A DNA stretch of 64,000 nucleotides from Octopus vulgaris (GCA_951406725.2 OX597829.1:17980001-18044000), one strand, 5' to 3'; counted from the first letter of the stretch, positions 29,279-42,749 are shown. The notes: a model not told the origin generated them from the sequence alone. Made by a program: numbers and translations.

Positions 29279-29310
<32 letters not shown>

Positions 29311-29339
29311 CATGCACACACATATGTACATAATTTAGG

Positions 29340-29610
29340 ATGGGAGCTATCTTTAAATGTACTGCACCTCGTTATAACAAGGCACCAGCAAGGAGTGACT
29401 TAGTCAGTGTAGATAGAAGATCCTCAGACTTCCAAATTCGAAGAGAGATGGTAGGTTTAATCTTCCATTCAATCTAGATATTTCCACTAATATAGCTAAG
29501 AGCTTCCTAGCGCTAGTTTAACAGCATTTTTGAAGAATTCGTATATATACCATAAGCTCCTTAATACTCATCCAGTCAAGGTTTGTTACTTATGCTTAGA
29601 TAAACGATGG
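29340..29610 (+). pseudogene. Decayed PLE RT thumb/linker fragment
   Basis: IFKCTAPRYNKAPARS and FNLPFNLDISTNIAKSFLALV*QHF..YHKLLNTHPVKVCYLC, compared with the recalled WFNPPFS..TNIGK.FL.L..KHF..LHKIFN..TVKVSYSC. Confidence 0.65.
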
Positions 29611-29815
29611 CGTTTATACATACATATCTGTTAACGGTTATTTTCAATACTTTTCTCGCTGGATTAAGTGTTCGTTTCTCTTTTTGTGGTCAAAAATTTT
29701 ATTTTTGATCTTCTATATAAATGAAGATATTTCCTCCGTCTAGCTGTTTTTGTCTCTACAAAATGGTAAGTTACATTGTGGAACTGTTATTTTAATGAGT
29801 TGATTTTATTTATTT

Positions 29816-29921
29816 ATCACCCGACAAGATACACCTGCACCACTGGATGTTCCTGGACCAGTTGTTGAGTGTCCCACCCAAGAGCAATCAATGCTAGATG
29901 TGTCGAAACAATTGTCGTGAT
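29816..29921 (+). ncRNA. Degenerate hammerhead motif
   Basis: ATCAC-CCGACAA-GATACAC...ATGTGTC-GAAAC-AATT-GTC-GTGAT. Stems I-III are largely intact; two core substitutions. Confidence 0.65.
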
Positions 29922-29965
29922 TAATGATAAATTCTCGTATATTCCATCTTCTGTCTTTCATTTCT

Positions 29966-30013
<48 letters not shown>

Positions 30014-30544
30014 CATGTTTTCATTGTATTAAACATTTAAAATAGTATGAATTACTATATTTGATTTAATTTTTATTGTTAAAATAAATCTTTGATAATA
30101 TGTTTAAATGCACGTCAATTTTAAATAATAATTTACGATTGATTTGCTGTATATTATTTTAGATAATTGAGTAAATACCTCTTGGGTATGCATGAATGTA
30201 AGTTTGATCGAATCAACTGGAAGACTCCTCGTCGTAACCGACGGAGAACCAGGCCATTCTGAGTGGAATAGGTTTACAGAAATATTGACTGACCATCAGA
30301 TCAACTGAACCTGTAATTAAAATGTCCAGTCTCCGGACATTCTGGCACTCTGACTTTGATACGGCCCGAGGGGCACGTTAAGAGTAAGCGTACCTGTGGA
30401 GTATTCAACCACGTTTATGTTAATTCAAAGAAAAAGATTGTTCAATTGGCTTAACAATTAAAATGCTCATCGCTGAAATCGACGGAGGATAGCTCACGAA
30501 AGTCTGTTTATTCCTTTTCTTTCTTTGTCTCTCTGTGTGTCTGT

Positions 30545-30644
<100 letters not shown>

Positions 30645-30693
30645 AAACAAGTCAAAAATAGAAAATGCTAAGATGATTTTATAGTGAATCTTT

Positions 30694-30731
30694 CAGTACC
30701 GGTTTCGGTCATTTTGAGACCTTTTCAACTG
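30694..30731 (-). ncRNA. Minimal hammerhead-like motif with variant core
   Basis: CAG-TTGAAAA-GGTC-N7-GACC-GAAAC-CG-GTA-CTG, in a roughly 240-bp insert between (TA)n tracts. Confidence 0.65.
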
Positions 30732-30877
30732 TAACGATTGAATAATTAAATTTAGAAAAATTTAGAAAAATTAGAAGAAAGGTTTTTTTAAAGGAATACT
30801 TCCATAGTAGTGTTCAGATATAGGTGGCATTCTGCCTTTCTCTGACTCCCTTGTTTGCACTTGTGTATTCGAGGTCG

Positions 30878-30947
<70 letters not shown>

Positions 30948-30966
30948 CATATATACATATATATAC

Positions 30967-31107
<141 letters not shown>

Positions 31108-31346
31108 CATACACTCCTAAATAGTATATTTACGTAGGGAGAAAAACACTAATGGAGAGAACACGTGATCCTCTTTAGCTTCGGTGGTGTTATACCTGTT
31201 TGTTATTTCATTACATTGATAGCTGATATATTTTTGTGAAAATATAACTTAAGTTCCTTCACATGTTCTTCTCAATTGTAAATACACTTCCTCATATCTA
31301 AGTTACGCTTATACATAGACAAATATATACATATATATACATATAC

Positions 31347-31377
<31 letters not shown>

Positions 31378-31386
31378 TATATATAC

Positions 31387-31445
<59 letters not shown>

Positions 31446-31569
31446 CCTGTGGGTAAGCATGCAATAAATGTGTGTATATGAGTGTGCGTATGTATGTATG
31501 TATGTATGTGTATATATATATATACATACAACAAACATATACATAAGCGACATACACACCCACACAAAG

Positions 31570-31800
<231 letters not shown>

Positions 31801-32410
31801 GTATATATAGTGATGCCTACCTACATACGCACACATACATAAATGAATGAATGTGTGAATGTACTGTCCTCCTACTAAGAAAGTGATTTTTGTGTCTTTC
31901 TGTTGCTCATTTTTATAGACTTAGTATATTACACATGCATACACACAAAAGATCACCCGCTGGCTTAGACGATTACGGACGAGTGTCTCAGTGTATGTGC
32001 GTACGTATGTGCCTCCCGAGACGTGAGGTTAGGGAAAGCCATTTGACATAAAAAAAACAGTCTCATAAACATCTATGAACGTGTATATATAAACTTCGGT
32101 TCTAAATGGTATATAAACTTTGTTTCTGACATGCGTTCAAGCTGCATACAGAGATTCCTGAACTGTTACAGGTGCCGTTTGTTCTCTTCTTATTTACGGT
32201 TTCTCACAGTTCGTGTCCTTCGCGAAGCTTCAAACGAAAACAAAGACTTAGCGTTTTATTAAAAGGGGATATTGAAAGTTTTTTTTACAACCTTCTAACA
32301 ATTATGTGCCCGTTGGAACCTTCAACTCCAGCTTTTCCTGGGGAATTGTTGATATGAAAGAATTTACATTTTTTTTTTGCCAAGATAACTCTGGCACCAA
32401 TGAGAACCAA

Positions 32411-32623
32411 CTCTCTTTTACTCTCTTTTACTTGTTTCAGACATTTGACTGTGGCCATGCTGGAGCACCGCCTTTAGTCGAGCAAATCGACCCCAGGACT
32501 TATTCTTTGTAAGCCTAGTACTTATTCTATCGGTCTATTTTGCCGAACCGCTAGGTTACGGGGACGTGAACACACCAGCATCGGTTGTCAAGTGATGTTG
32601 GGGGAACAAACACAGACACATAA

Positions 32624-32692
<69 letters not shown>

Positions 32693-32858
32693 TACGACAG
32701 GCTTCTTTCAGTTTCCGTCTACCAAATCCACTCACAAGGCTTTGGTCGGCCCGAGGCTATAGTACAAGACACTTGCCCAAGGTGCCACGCAGTGGGACTG
32801 AACCCGGAACCATGTGGTTGGTAAACAAGCTACTTACCACACAGCCACTCCTGCGCCT
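32411..32858 (-). mobile_element. SINE family B, full-length
   Basis: Head GGCGCAGGAGTGGCTGTGTGG..GGTTCAGTCCC, internal (TA)n, tail repeats. Confidence 0.9.
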
Positions 32859-32985
32859 ATTAACTGGTTGCTATGTGCCCGAAAGTCTTTTAGTCAGGGA
32901 ACAATGGGTAACTTCCTAAAATCCATGGACTGGTAAAGCTACCGGCGGGATGGAATAATCGGTTCGAGGAAAATTTTACAACCAC

Positions 32986-33470
<485 letters not shown>

Positions 33471-33702
33471 AACAAAAAGAAAAAAGAATATCAGACAGCA
33501 AGTAACCAAATCTATGTTCATCAAATGACACCTCAGTGGGATCAGGGTTAAGCTATGGCAGTGGTAAAAGAAAACGGAAAAAATTATTGAACCCAAATCC
33601 AACCTTGATATTCCTAACTTATTCGATTATTTTTTCAATCCAAAAAGTGTGAGTAGATGTAGAGGCTATTGCAGCCATCGTGAAAACCTAATTGTTATAT
33701 TT

Positions 33703-34005
33703 GGCATGGCTCAGTGGTTAGAGCGCCGGGCTCACAATCATGAGGTGGTGAGTTCGATTCCTGGACTGAGCTGTGTGTTGTGTTCTTGAGCAAGACACTT
33801 TATTTCACGTTGCCCCTGTTCACTCAGCTGTAGAAATGAATTTCAGTCTCACTGGTGCCAAGTTTGATCAGCCTTTGCCTTTCCCTTGGATAACACTGGT
33901 CGCATAGAGCGGAGAAGATGATATGCATGGGCGACTGCTGGTCGTCAATAAACAACCTTGCCCGGACTTGTGCCTCAGAAGGGAGTTTTTACCGAAGGGG
34001 GTCTT
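33703..34005 (+). mobile_element. tRNA-derived CORE-like SINE family C
   Basis: TGGCTCAGTGG and GAGTTCGATTCC boxes; reverse-complement homologue at 41369-41698. Confidence 0.85.
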
Positions 34006-34009
34006 TACC

Positions 34010-34242
34010 TATTTCTTTACTACCCACACGGGGCTAAACATAGAGGGGACAAACAAGGACAGACATAGGTATTAAGTCGATTACATCGACCCCAATGCGT
34101 AACTGGTACTTAATTTATCGACCCCGAAAGGATGAAAGGCAAAGTCGACCTCGGCGGAATTTGAACTCAGAACGTAACGGCAGACGAATTACGGCTAAGC
34201 ATTTCGCCTGGTGTGCTAACGATTCAGCCAGCTCGCCGCCTT
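34010..34242 (-). mobile_element. SINE family A, full-length
   Basis: Flanked by TTTACCTA direct repeats (34004 and 34243). Confidence 0.88.
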
Positions 34243-34529
34243 TTTACCTATAATAAAATTAACACCACAGAACGTACTCTCTCTGGGTGTAGAAAGCGAA
34301 GGTGGCTTGCCACGCTTCGACGTTGCTACCAACAGCTCGGCTACTGCAAATACAGCAACATCAGGAGAACCAGCAACAAGTACATCAGCAAAAGTGATAC
34401 AACAACTATAACACCCTCTACAACAGGCATACCAAAAAACAAAGAGACCTCTTCATACTAACAATAAGAACAGGGTAGAAGACAGATGAAAACTCAGTAC
34501 CTTTCAATCCCTCTGGCGAAGATGATACC

Positions 34530-34691
34530 TATTTCTTTACTACCCACAAGGGGCTAAACACAGAGAGGACAAACAAGGACAGACAAATTGATTAAGACGA
34601 TTATATCGACCCTCTACGTAACTGGTACTTATTTAATCGACCCCGAAAGGATGAAAGGCAAAGTCGACCTCGGCGGAATTTGAACTCAGAA
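34530..34691 (-). mobile_element. SINE family A, 5'-truncated
   Basis: Similarity to 34010. Confidence 0.85.
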
Positions 34692-35078
34692 TCCGTCGTT
34701 GATTTAGCACATCCCTTTATTTCTTCGGGGGAAGTGTAAAACGAAAACTACAAGTATCACTCCAATTTCAAGATGGTACGAAATATATCTGAATGGGATT
34801 TGACTACTTTTTCTAACACATCGAACAATCATGTACTGACTTCCGTGTTGGCTTGTGGTAAATCACTGTGGTTTGTTCAAGGTAGTGATATGGTTGCTAG
34901 TAGAAGATTGTTGGATTTGTTTTACTGCCTGAGATGAATCTTTTGTTTATTTTACTCACTAGTTTCAAAACTGTCTCATTGCTGATAGCAAGATCGTATC
35001 ATTATAAAATTAAATTGTCCCCTTAAAATGTTAATATAAATTATTTTCAGTTTAAGTAAACTCTGTACTTAAAAAAGC

Positions 35079-35489
35079 GGATCTTTTCGGTTTGAACGGC
35101 AGTTTTTTCTAGCGGTGTCATATGAGATTGTCACCCATAATTATGACCCTAGTATCGATCTATTGCATTTCAAACTGTTTTAGGGTTAGGGGTGGGGGGA
35201 AGGGTATCTTTTTTTCTTCACAAATGTAAATAAACCCAATCTGTTTCTTAAACGAGGGACATATTCATACGGCACAGAATGCTTTTTATCTCAATGGACG
35301 TCATCGATTGGTTGAAATTGCAGAATTTGAAGATAAAAACAACAGATATCTTACAAACTATAGAATTTTCTCAATAAAGCCAAGAGAAAAAAATGTTTTA
35401 TAAACACATTCTACCAGTATACGAAGTTTAAAGTTTTTTAGTTACCTAGAAATTATGTTAAAAACTGCCGTTCAAACCGAAAAGATCAC
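35079..35489. mobile_element. MITE with GGATCTTTTCGGTTTGAACGGCAGTTTT TIRs
   Basis: TIR pair, AAAAAAGC 8-bp TSD, internal TTAGGG units. Confidence 0.88.
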
Positions 35490-35610
35490 AAAAAAAGCTG
35501 TACTAAAAAAGCTCTGTGAAAGGCTGTATGTATGTATGTATGTATGTATGTATGTATGTATGTATGTATGTATGTATGTATGTATGTATGTATGCATGTA
35601 TGTATGTTAT

Positions 35611-36183
35611 GCTATGTCAGGTCACTTTCGAGTGCTACTGGTAACATGTATCCCAGTACAACCTGTTGCATGGTCGGGTCGTCGGCGACTAAACCGGCAA
35701 CCCCACCAAGCTTGCTTGGTGAGGAGGGTGTTTATTGGACACCCTGCGGGATGAAAAACAAAGCCCGTCAAAGGGCGGAGGAACTCTTGAGAGTCAACGG
35801 CCATCCAATAAATGTGTAAATTTTTTTTCTTAAGGATGTATCATGCGCGGGGACATAGAAATAATCGGACTGAATACCCGATTGCGCAGTTACACCATTG
35901 GGAGTGAAGGACTCCTAGCCTTTGTTAGGGAATCCTTCCAGGAGAAGGTAACTCAGGTAACTGGGATAACTCCAAAATAAAACCTGTGGCTCAGTGGTTG
36001 CCGAAGATGTTGAGTTGTTCTTCCTTCCGGATTATGTCTGCTGTTGCTTAGTGAGTGGGATTGACTCAGTGCACAGCCTTTCCTCACTATAAAAAAAATC
36101 TTCTTGCACAGGCATTGCACGATAACAACATTGATTAAGCTTCGTGCAATGGCCATACTCGATTACGAGGGGGCAGCCACCAT
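35611..36183 (+). mobile_element. Non-autonomous derivative of the zinc-finger RTE (5' UTR-like part plus shared 3' tail)
   Basis: The last ~47 nt match the 3' end of the 6471 and 28301 elements. Inserted in (TATG)n; contains GGAGAAGGTAACTC (RTE 5' UTR-like). Confidence 0.75.
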
Positions 36184-36548
36184 GTATGTATGTATGTATG
36201 TATGTATGTATGTATGTATGTATGTATGTATGTATGTATGTATGTATGCATGTGTTTGTGTGCGTGTCCTTGTATTTGCATTTGTCCTCCACCAAAGCTT
36301 CACCGGTGTTGTTTTGTTTACGCCCCCGTAGCATACTGGTTCGGCTAAAAGTACTAGACTCGATTTGTTCGGTGATTGGTTCTCATTTCCAGGCAACTAC
36401 ACAGAAGCCACGCACAAGAACCCAAAACACACCTTGGTCCTGGCATCGAACCCACATCTTTTTGATTGTGAACCTTATACTTCAAACAGTTCAACACACA
36501 CAAGCACACACACTCACATATAGGCATGCGTGTGTGTATACATACATA

Positions 36549-36764
36549 TTCTTTTACTCTTTTACTTGTTTCAGATATGTGACTGCGGCCATGCTGGAGC
36601 ACCGCCTTTAGTCGAACAAATTGATCCCAGGACTTATACTCTGTAAGCCTAATACTTACTCTATCGATCTCTTTTGCTGAGTCGCTAAGTTACGGGAACG
36701 TAAATACACCAACATCGGTTGTCAAGAGATGGTGGGGAACAAACACAGACACACAAATGCATAA

Positions 36765-36820
<56 letters not shown>

Positions 36821-36975
36821 GACAGGCTTCTTATAGCTTCCGTCTACCAAATCCACTCACAAGGCTTTGGTCGGCCCGAGGCTTATTGTACAAGATACTT
36901 GCCCAAGCTGCTACACAGTGGGACTGAACCCGGAACCATGTGGTGGGTAAGCAAGCTACTTATCACACAGCCATA
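36549..36975 (-). mobile_element. SINE family B
   Basis: Similarity to 32411. Confidence 0.85.
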
Positions 36976-37787
36976 CATAAACAAATAGACAAATATATGC
37001 ATATATACATACACATATATGCATGCATGCATACATACATACAAAACGTACATACATACATACATACATACGTACATACACATATACGTACGTACATAAT
37101 ACTTACAATGCATGGATACGTACGTGCATATATACATAAATACTCATATATATACATATCAGCAACAGCTCTGTGTTGGGATACAGGGGTACCTAACGAG
37201 CTAAGACCGAACATGACCAGCGGACGGGCAAGCTTAACAAGAAAATTTGTTGTAACATTATTCGACTGACAAAACAGAAAAAAAAAAGAGAAAGCGATAG
37301 AGAGAAAGGGTGTGGTTGATGTATGTGTGTGTATGTGTGTGTGTTTGTGGTGTATGTGCGTGTATGTGTGTGTGTGTGTGTTTAAAAAAAGTGAGACAGG
37401 GAGAGAGAGAGAGAATAAAATTAGTTCAAGTGTACTTTATTTTATAGCCCTTCTCTTCTTACAATGTAATGTACGAATTTGTGTATTCTTTTTGACCTTG
37501 CTGTCAAAATGAAAAGGCGAAAGAAGAAAGGAAAGATTTGACTTTATTAACCTGCTACCGTATCAGCAACAACAACAAAAAAAACAAGAAAGAAATATAT
37601 AAAATAATATAAAATATAAATAAACAAATAAACATATAACCGATACCTGTTTAAACGAGTTCCTTTTCAATTTCACCTTTTCATTAATTCTTTTCTTTCA
37701 TTTCCTTTATTCTGTCTTTCTCCCATATTTTACAGTGTTCTTTGCTTCCCTTTCTAGATGTCGCTCATTTTTCTTCCCCTTTCATTC

Positions 37788-37826
<39 letters not shown>

Positions 37827-38179
37827 CGTCATCATAGCTATTTTGTTATTTTTGTTGTTTTTTCAGGCTTGTCTGTGTTTTTGTTATTTGTTGGGTTTTT
37901 TTTTGGTTGGGTTCTGTTTTTTTTTTTTTTGGTAATTTCGTCCTTCCATTATTACAGAAGAAAAACAATAAATGTTTAAAATAAAAAAAAGAACGAAACA
38001 TTAAAAAAACATTATTTATAGACGCTTTGCACATAAATGCAACAATATTCAAACCGACCCTTCACCTGTCCGGAAAAGGACCCCTAGACAGTGACAGTAA
38101 ATAGGATTAACTAACAGGGGTGAGGGATATAAAGTTAAAAGGACAGGAGAAAACACATTTGGACTTTCAATCTTCTTCC

Positions 38180-38221
<42 letters not shown>

Positions 38222-38575
38222 TTCATCTCTTCTATTTCTCCATCTCCTCTATATTCCTCTTGTATTTCACCCTAAGTTACTGCCAAGCTTTCTATTGTCG
38301 GTTAGTTTCGAGACCGATAACCCAACAGGGCGTTTGCACTGTAAAACTCTAATAAAATGGAATAAGAGAATTAATCTTATATGACCCTTTACGAACATTT
38401 TCGTGAAAGATAAGGAGGGACTGTAGACGTGAGGAAACTAGAAAAGCATAACAATGGAATGCCTTAATCTTTGATGATGAAGTCATAAGCCAAGAAAATG
38501 GTTGAGTGCCTTCAAGACTACTACCATCTGAAGGAGGTTTCGTGCATGTATATATATTTTGAAATGCACAATTTT

Positions 38576-38714
38576 CATTATTTACATTCGACGGATATTT
38601 GTCCTAATTTTGTTTGTTGTTAACACAACATTTCGACTGATATATCCTCCAGCCTTCATCAGGAAATTTGGGGAAATTTCGAACCTGGGTACTCTTTCCC
38701 AAGGTATTTTTCGA

Positions 38715-38781
<67 letters not shown>

Positions 38782-38957
38782 ACATCGAGAAATACCTTAA
38801 GAAGGAGAACCCAGGTTCGAAATTTCCCCAAGACACCTGATGAAGGCTGGAGGATATATCAGTCGAAACGTTGTGTTAACAACAAACAAGATGAGGACGA
38901 ATATCCGTCAAATGTAAATAATGTACATAATTCCTCATCTCTTAAATATAGAACTAT
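38576..38957. mobile_element. Fold-back element centred on (TAT)n, with a hammerhead on each arm
   Basis: Arms 38576-38720 and 38778-38923 are reverse complements; mirrored ORFs MGKFRTWVL appear on both strands. Confidence 0.88.
38833..38876 (+). ncRNA. Minimal hammerhead ribozyme motif
   Basis: ACAC-CTGATGA-AGGCTG-N10-CAGTC-GAAAC-GTT^GTGT; stem III is reduced to the palindrome AACGTT. Confidence 0.8.
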
Positions 38958-38977
38958 ATTTTCAGCAACCCCTCACA

Positions 38978-39086
<109 letters not shown>

Positions 39087-39507
39087 ACAATTCCTAAATA
39101 AGGGCAAACATTTTGGATGTATTTGGGGTACTTAATTGTGCTCATGACTTAGTGTTTGCTTCTTCCATGGGTATGAGTAAGTATCTCATTTATTTCTTTT
39201 GCCACATGTATCACTGACGAAGGGAGGGCTGTTATAAGCTAACCCTGAAATCGGTCCGATATGGTAATAATGGAATTTTTTAGAAATTTCTGTCGACCTT
39301 TTTTCGAGTAGCGTGCAGATTGTGAAAAAATTAATGGTTAATGACAATATGTCCAATTTTTCGGCATATTTGGCATTAGAAATTTTTTCGTTTGCCCTTA
39401 TTTAGGAATTGTTTATAAATTTAACCTTTAAAGGTATTTTTTAATATGCTGGCCATTGATAAAATTTTTTGGGAAACGAATTTTTTTCGAAAAAAATTTT
39501 ATCCTAC

Positions 39508-39573
<66 letters not shown>

Positions 39574-39577
<4 letters not shown>

Positions 39578-39658
39578 TGATGAGTACGGGTCACTTGTAT
39601 TTGCTGCAATATTTGCAGCTTTTAATAAAGCTGTTCTTCGTATGAAACAATTGTACTG
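39574..39658 (+). ncRNA. Hammerhead motif with branched stem II
   Basis: TGG-CTGATGA-GTACG...CGTAT-GAAAC-AATT-GTA-CTG. Confidence 0.75.
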
Positions 39659-39909
39659 AAAAACTAATCCATTCTTGTTGCTTTTTTTCTTGTGTATATA
39701 TATATATATAATACATTTCTAAATCTCTCAGAGAGATTTATGTTACGATAAAGTAGTTGCATGCTGTCAGCTTCATATGACAGTCCCATGAAGGGAATAA
39801 TACGACTGCTATTTAGCCCTAGGAAGCAGCAACGCTTCCTGTCGGCCTTGACACATTTCCTGTGTCTTTATGTTTACAAGGGGGAGATAAGCACCTCCAC
39901 CCAGCTAAA

Positions 39910-39950
39910 CTAGAGACTAGTTTCTGAGTCTTTGCTCGTCGTCAGTCTGG
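39910..39950 (-). ncRNA. Minimal hammerhead motif
   Basis: CCAGA-CTGACGA-CGAG-CAAAGA-CTCA-GAAAC-TA-GTC^TCTAG. Confidence 0.75.
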
Positions 39951-40898
39951 AGTAGCATCGCCTTATTTCCTTATTATAGGCACAATGGCCTGATTATATA
40001 GAGGGGAGAATACAAAATACATGCGGGGACACAAAACGAATGAAAAAATGAAAATTAAATTAATATAAACAGGATGTAAATGAGACAGCCACCTCGCCCC
40101 CGCTGCAAGACGAACCATGATTATCTCTACATAGAACTTACTTTCTTAAACTTACAAAAAACTTTACAAAAAACATTGATTTTTACATCTATCCTAGCTT
40201 CGCTACAATGCGAAACTGTCCTTTTCTTTCATTTTTTGTTCTACAGTTCGTATATGTCCTTTTACGAATTACAATTTTTCTTTTTTCCACAATGTAATTG
40301 TCTGTTCATCAATTTTTCTATTACAATTTATAATGTATGTATGTATATATGTACACATAAGCAGTATATCTACATTAAGATACTATTCCAAACCATTACT
40401 GCTTCCATTACTAATAAAGAAATCTGACCCAGTCTGCTGTCTATTTGCAACACCAGTGACTTGCTAATCAGTGTTTTCCAATATCGGTGGAAGCTAAATT
40501 TGTCTAAGCATATGGTTCATAGTTGGTACTTGCTACTGATGACACACAAAAGACAAAGAAATCCAGATTTAGCAATTCTGCTATTGCTTATGGACATCTT
40601 TGATTCTCTTACTGGTACACATGTTTTTTTTTTTGGTTTTGTTTTTTTTTTCCGTACCAAACGTCTATAGGAAATACTTTCCTAAGATGAATACTGCAGG
40701 TTTATGGTTATCATAAAACATACAAAATGCTGTTCTGAACCAATGCTGCTTCCATTTCTAAATAAAGAAATTTTACCTGGTCTGCTATCAACTTGCCAGA
40801 CCAGTGACCTGCAAGACCACTTCTGAGCTTTTTAGCACCAAGCGTTTATATAAGATACATTCTGAAGATGAATACTGCAGTTAGGTGCCTTTCGTTAC

Positions 40899-40948
<50 letters not shown>

Positions 40949-41368
40949 ATATATATATACATACATACATACATACATACATACATACATACACGTATAC
41001 TCTCATATCGCTAGGCACCCAATACCAGCCATGTAGCATATCTGCCTTTGTTGCCACTATATGTCACGTGCCAAATGACGCCACTAGGCAACCGCAACGT
41101 TCGTTAGACACGCTGGCACAAGTACACACACACACCAATAGGTCACTTCTTTTGGTGGTGTTATCTATACTAGCTTATACTGTTTGTAGGCCAGCCTGTC
41201 CACATTCATCATCTATGGATTTGAAGGGTTGTTCATGTGATTAAGTCTTGGTCACCACAAAAACTAACCATAATTGGTTATTTGAGAATGAGAATGCATA
41301 GAACTTGGAACAAATAGCGTAAGGAATTTCGGCCGACAATCCAACGATTCTGCCATTTCTACATTGCT

Positions 41369-41698
41369 GAGACCCCTTCCGGTCAGACACTGACCATGGA
41401 CTTGCACCCAGAAAGTTACCCTCCCAAGCACAAGTCTGGGCAAGGTTGTTTATGGAAGACCAGCAGTCGCCCATGCATACCAGCCTCTCCTCTCTGATGT
41501 TATCCAAGGGAAAGGCAAAGGGGCCGATACAACTTGGTACCTGTGACTTCGCAACTCATTTCTACAGCTGAGTGAACTGGAGCAACGTGAAATAAAGTGT
41601 TTTGCTCAAGAACACAACACGCAGCCCGATCCGGGATTCGAGCTCACAACTTCACGATCGTAAGCTCGACGCTCTAACCACTGAGCCACGCGCCTTCA
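41369..41698 (-). mobile_element. SINE family C, full-length
   Basis: Homologous to 33703; tRNA-like head. Confidence 0.85.
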
Positions 41699-42245
41699 CT
41701 ATTTCTACACTATTGAGTGATTAAAATGTTGCACATGGTTTCGGATCCAGTCCCACTTTGCGGTATCTTGAGCAAGCTGTAGCCACGCACCGACCAATAC
41801 CCTGGTATCCACACACAAATGAAATATGCCCCAATAACGAATTACCTCAGCACACAAGTATAAGAACGCCATACCCAGAACAATAACAAAATAATGCAAA
41901 GAAATTGACCGCACAACAAATTGTCTAAAAGACAAATCCAAAAGAGACAAACATTCAAAAGATGCCACCTAAGAGTAGTGTCTTTTGGTTCTTTGTTTCA
42001 TTCACATGAATTCACGAGAATCTCGGTGAACTAAACGAGGCTGTGTTTTCCAAAACGGAGGCGAACACCTTTCTCCATATGTTCGGCTTGAAACTGAAAA
42101 ATTGTTAAGACACTAGGATACTTTCCTACTTTTCTAAACATGAAACCATTAGTAGCCTTATTTCACAAATAAAGATATATATATATATATATATATACAT
42201 ATATACATATATATATATATATACACATATACGGGTGTGTGTGAT

Positions 42246-42310
<65 letters not shown>

Positions 42311-42340
42311 GGGTGTGTGTGATTGTGTATAGAAGAATAT

Positions 42341-42749
42341 ATTAATAAAAGGAATTCCAACCTTGTCTGATTTTCACGTTTTATTTACAATCTTATAATG
42401 ATATAAGATAATATAATAAATATAATAAAATAAAATAATAGAATGTCAAATGTTCATTCTGATTGAACTAGTACTTTCATGCATTAAATTCTGCAATCTT
42501 CAGGTTCATGTAGTAGTGTTGACAGTCATGCTTCACAATTTTTGACAGTCAAACATTGTGAAGCATGACTGTCACCACTACTACATGAACCTGAAGATTG
42601 CAGAATTTAATGCATGAAAATACTAGTTCAATCAGAATGAACATTTAACATTCTATTATTTTATTTTATTTTATTACATTATATTATATTATATCATTAT
42701 AAGATTGTAAATAAAACGTGAAAATCAGACAAGGTTGGAATTCCTTTTA

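Noticed and set aside
33703-33770. tRNA genes at SINE heads (also 7967, 9141, 41630)
   Set aside because: No complete cloverleaf; they continue into SINE bodies.
35745-35790. Twister-like AAGCCCG..GGAGG
   Set aside because: The required pseudoknot-pairing loop and the 5' UAA segment are absent.
37700-37765. Polypyrimidine tract plus CAG acceptor (possible host exon)
   Set aside because: No following exon with a donor site or recognisable coding sequence.
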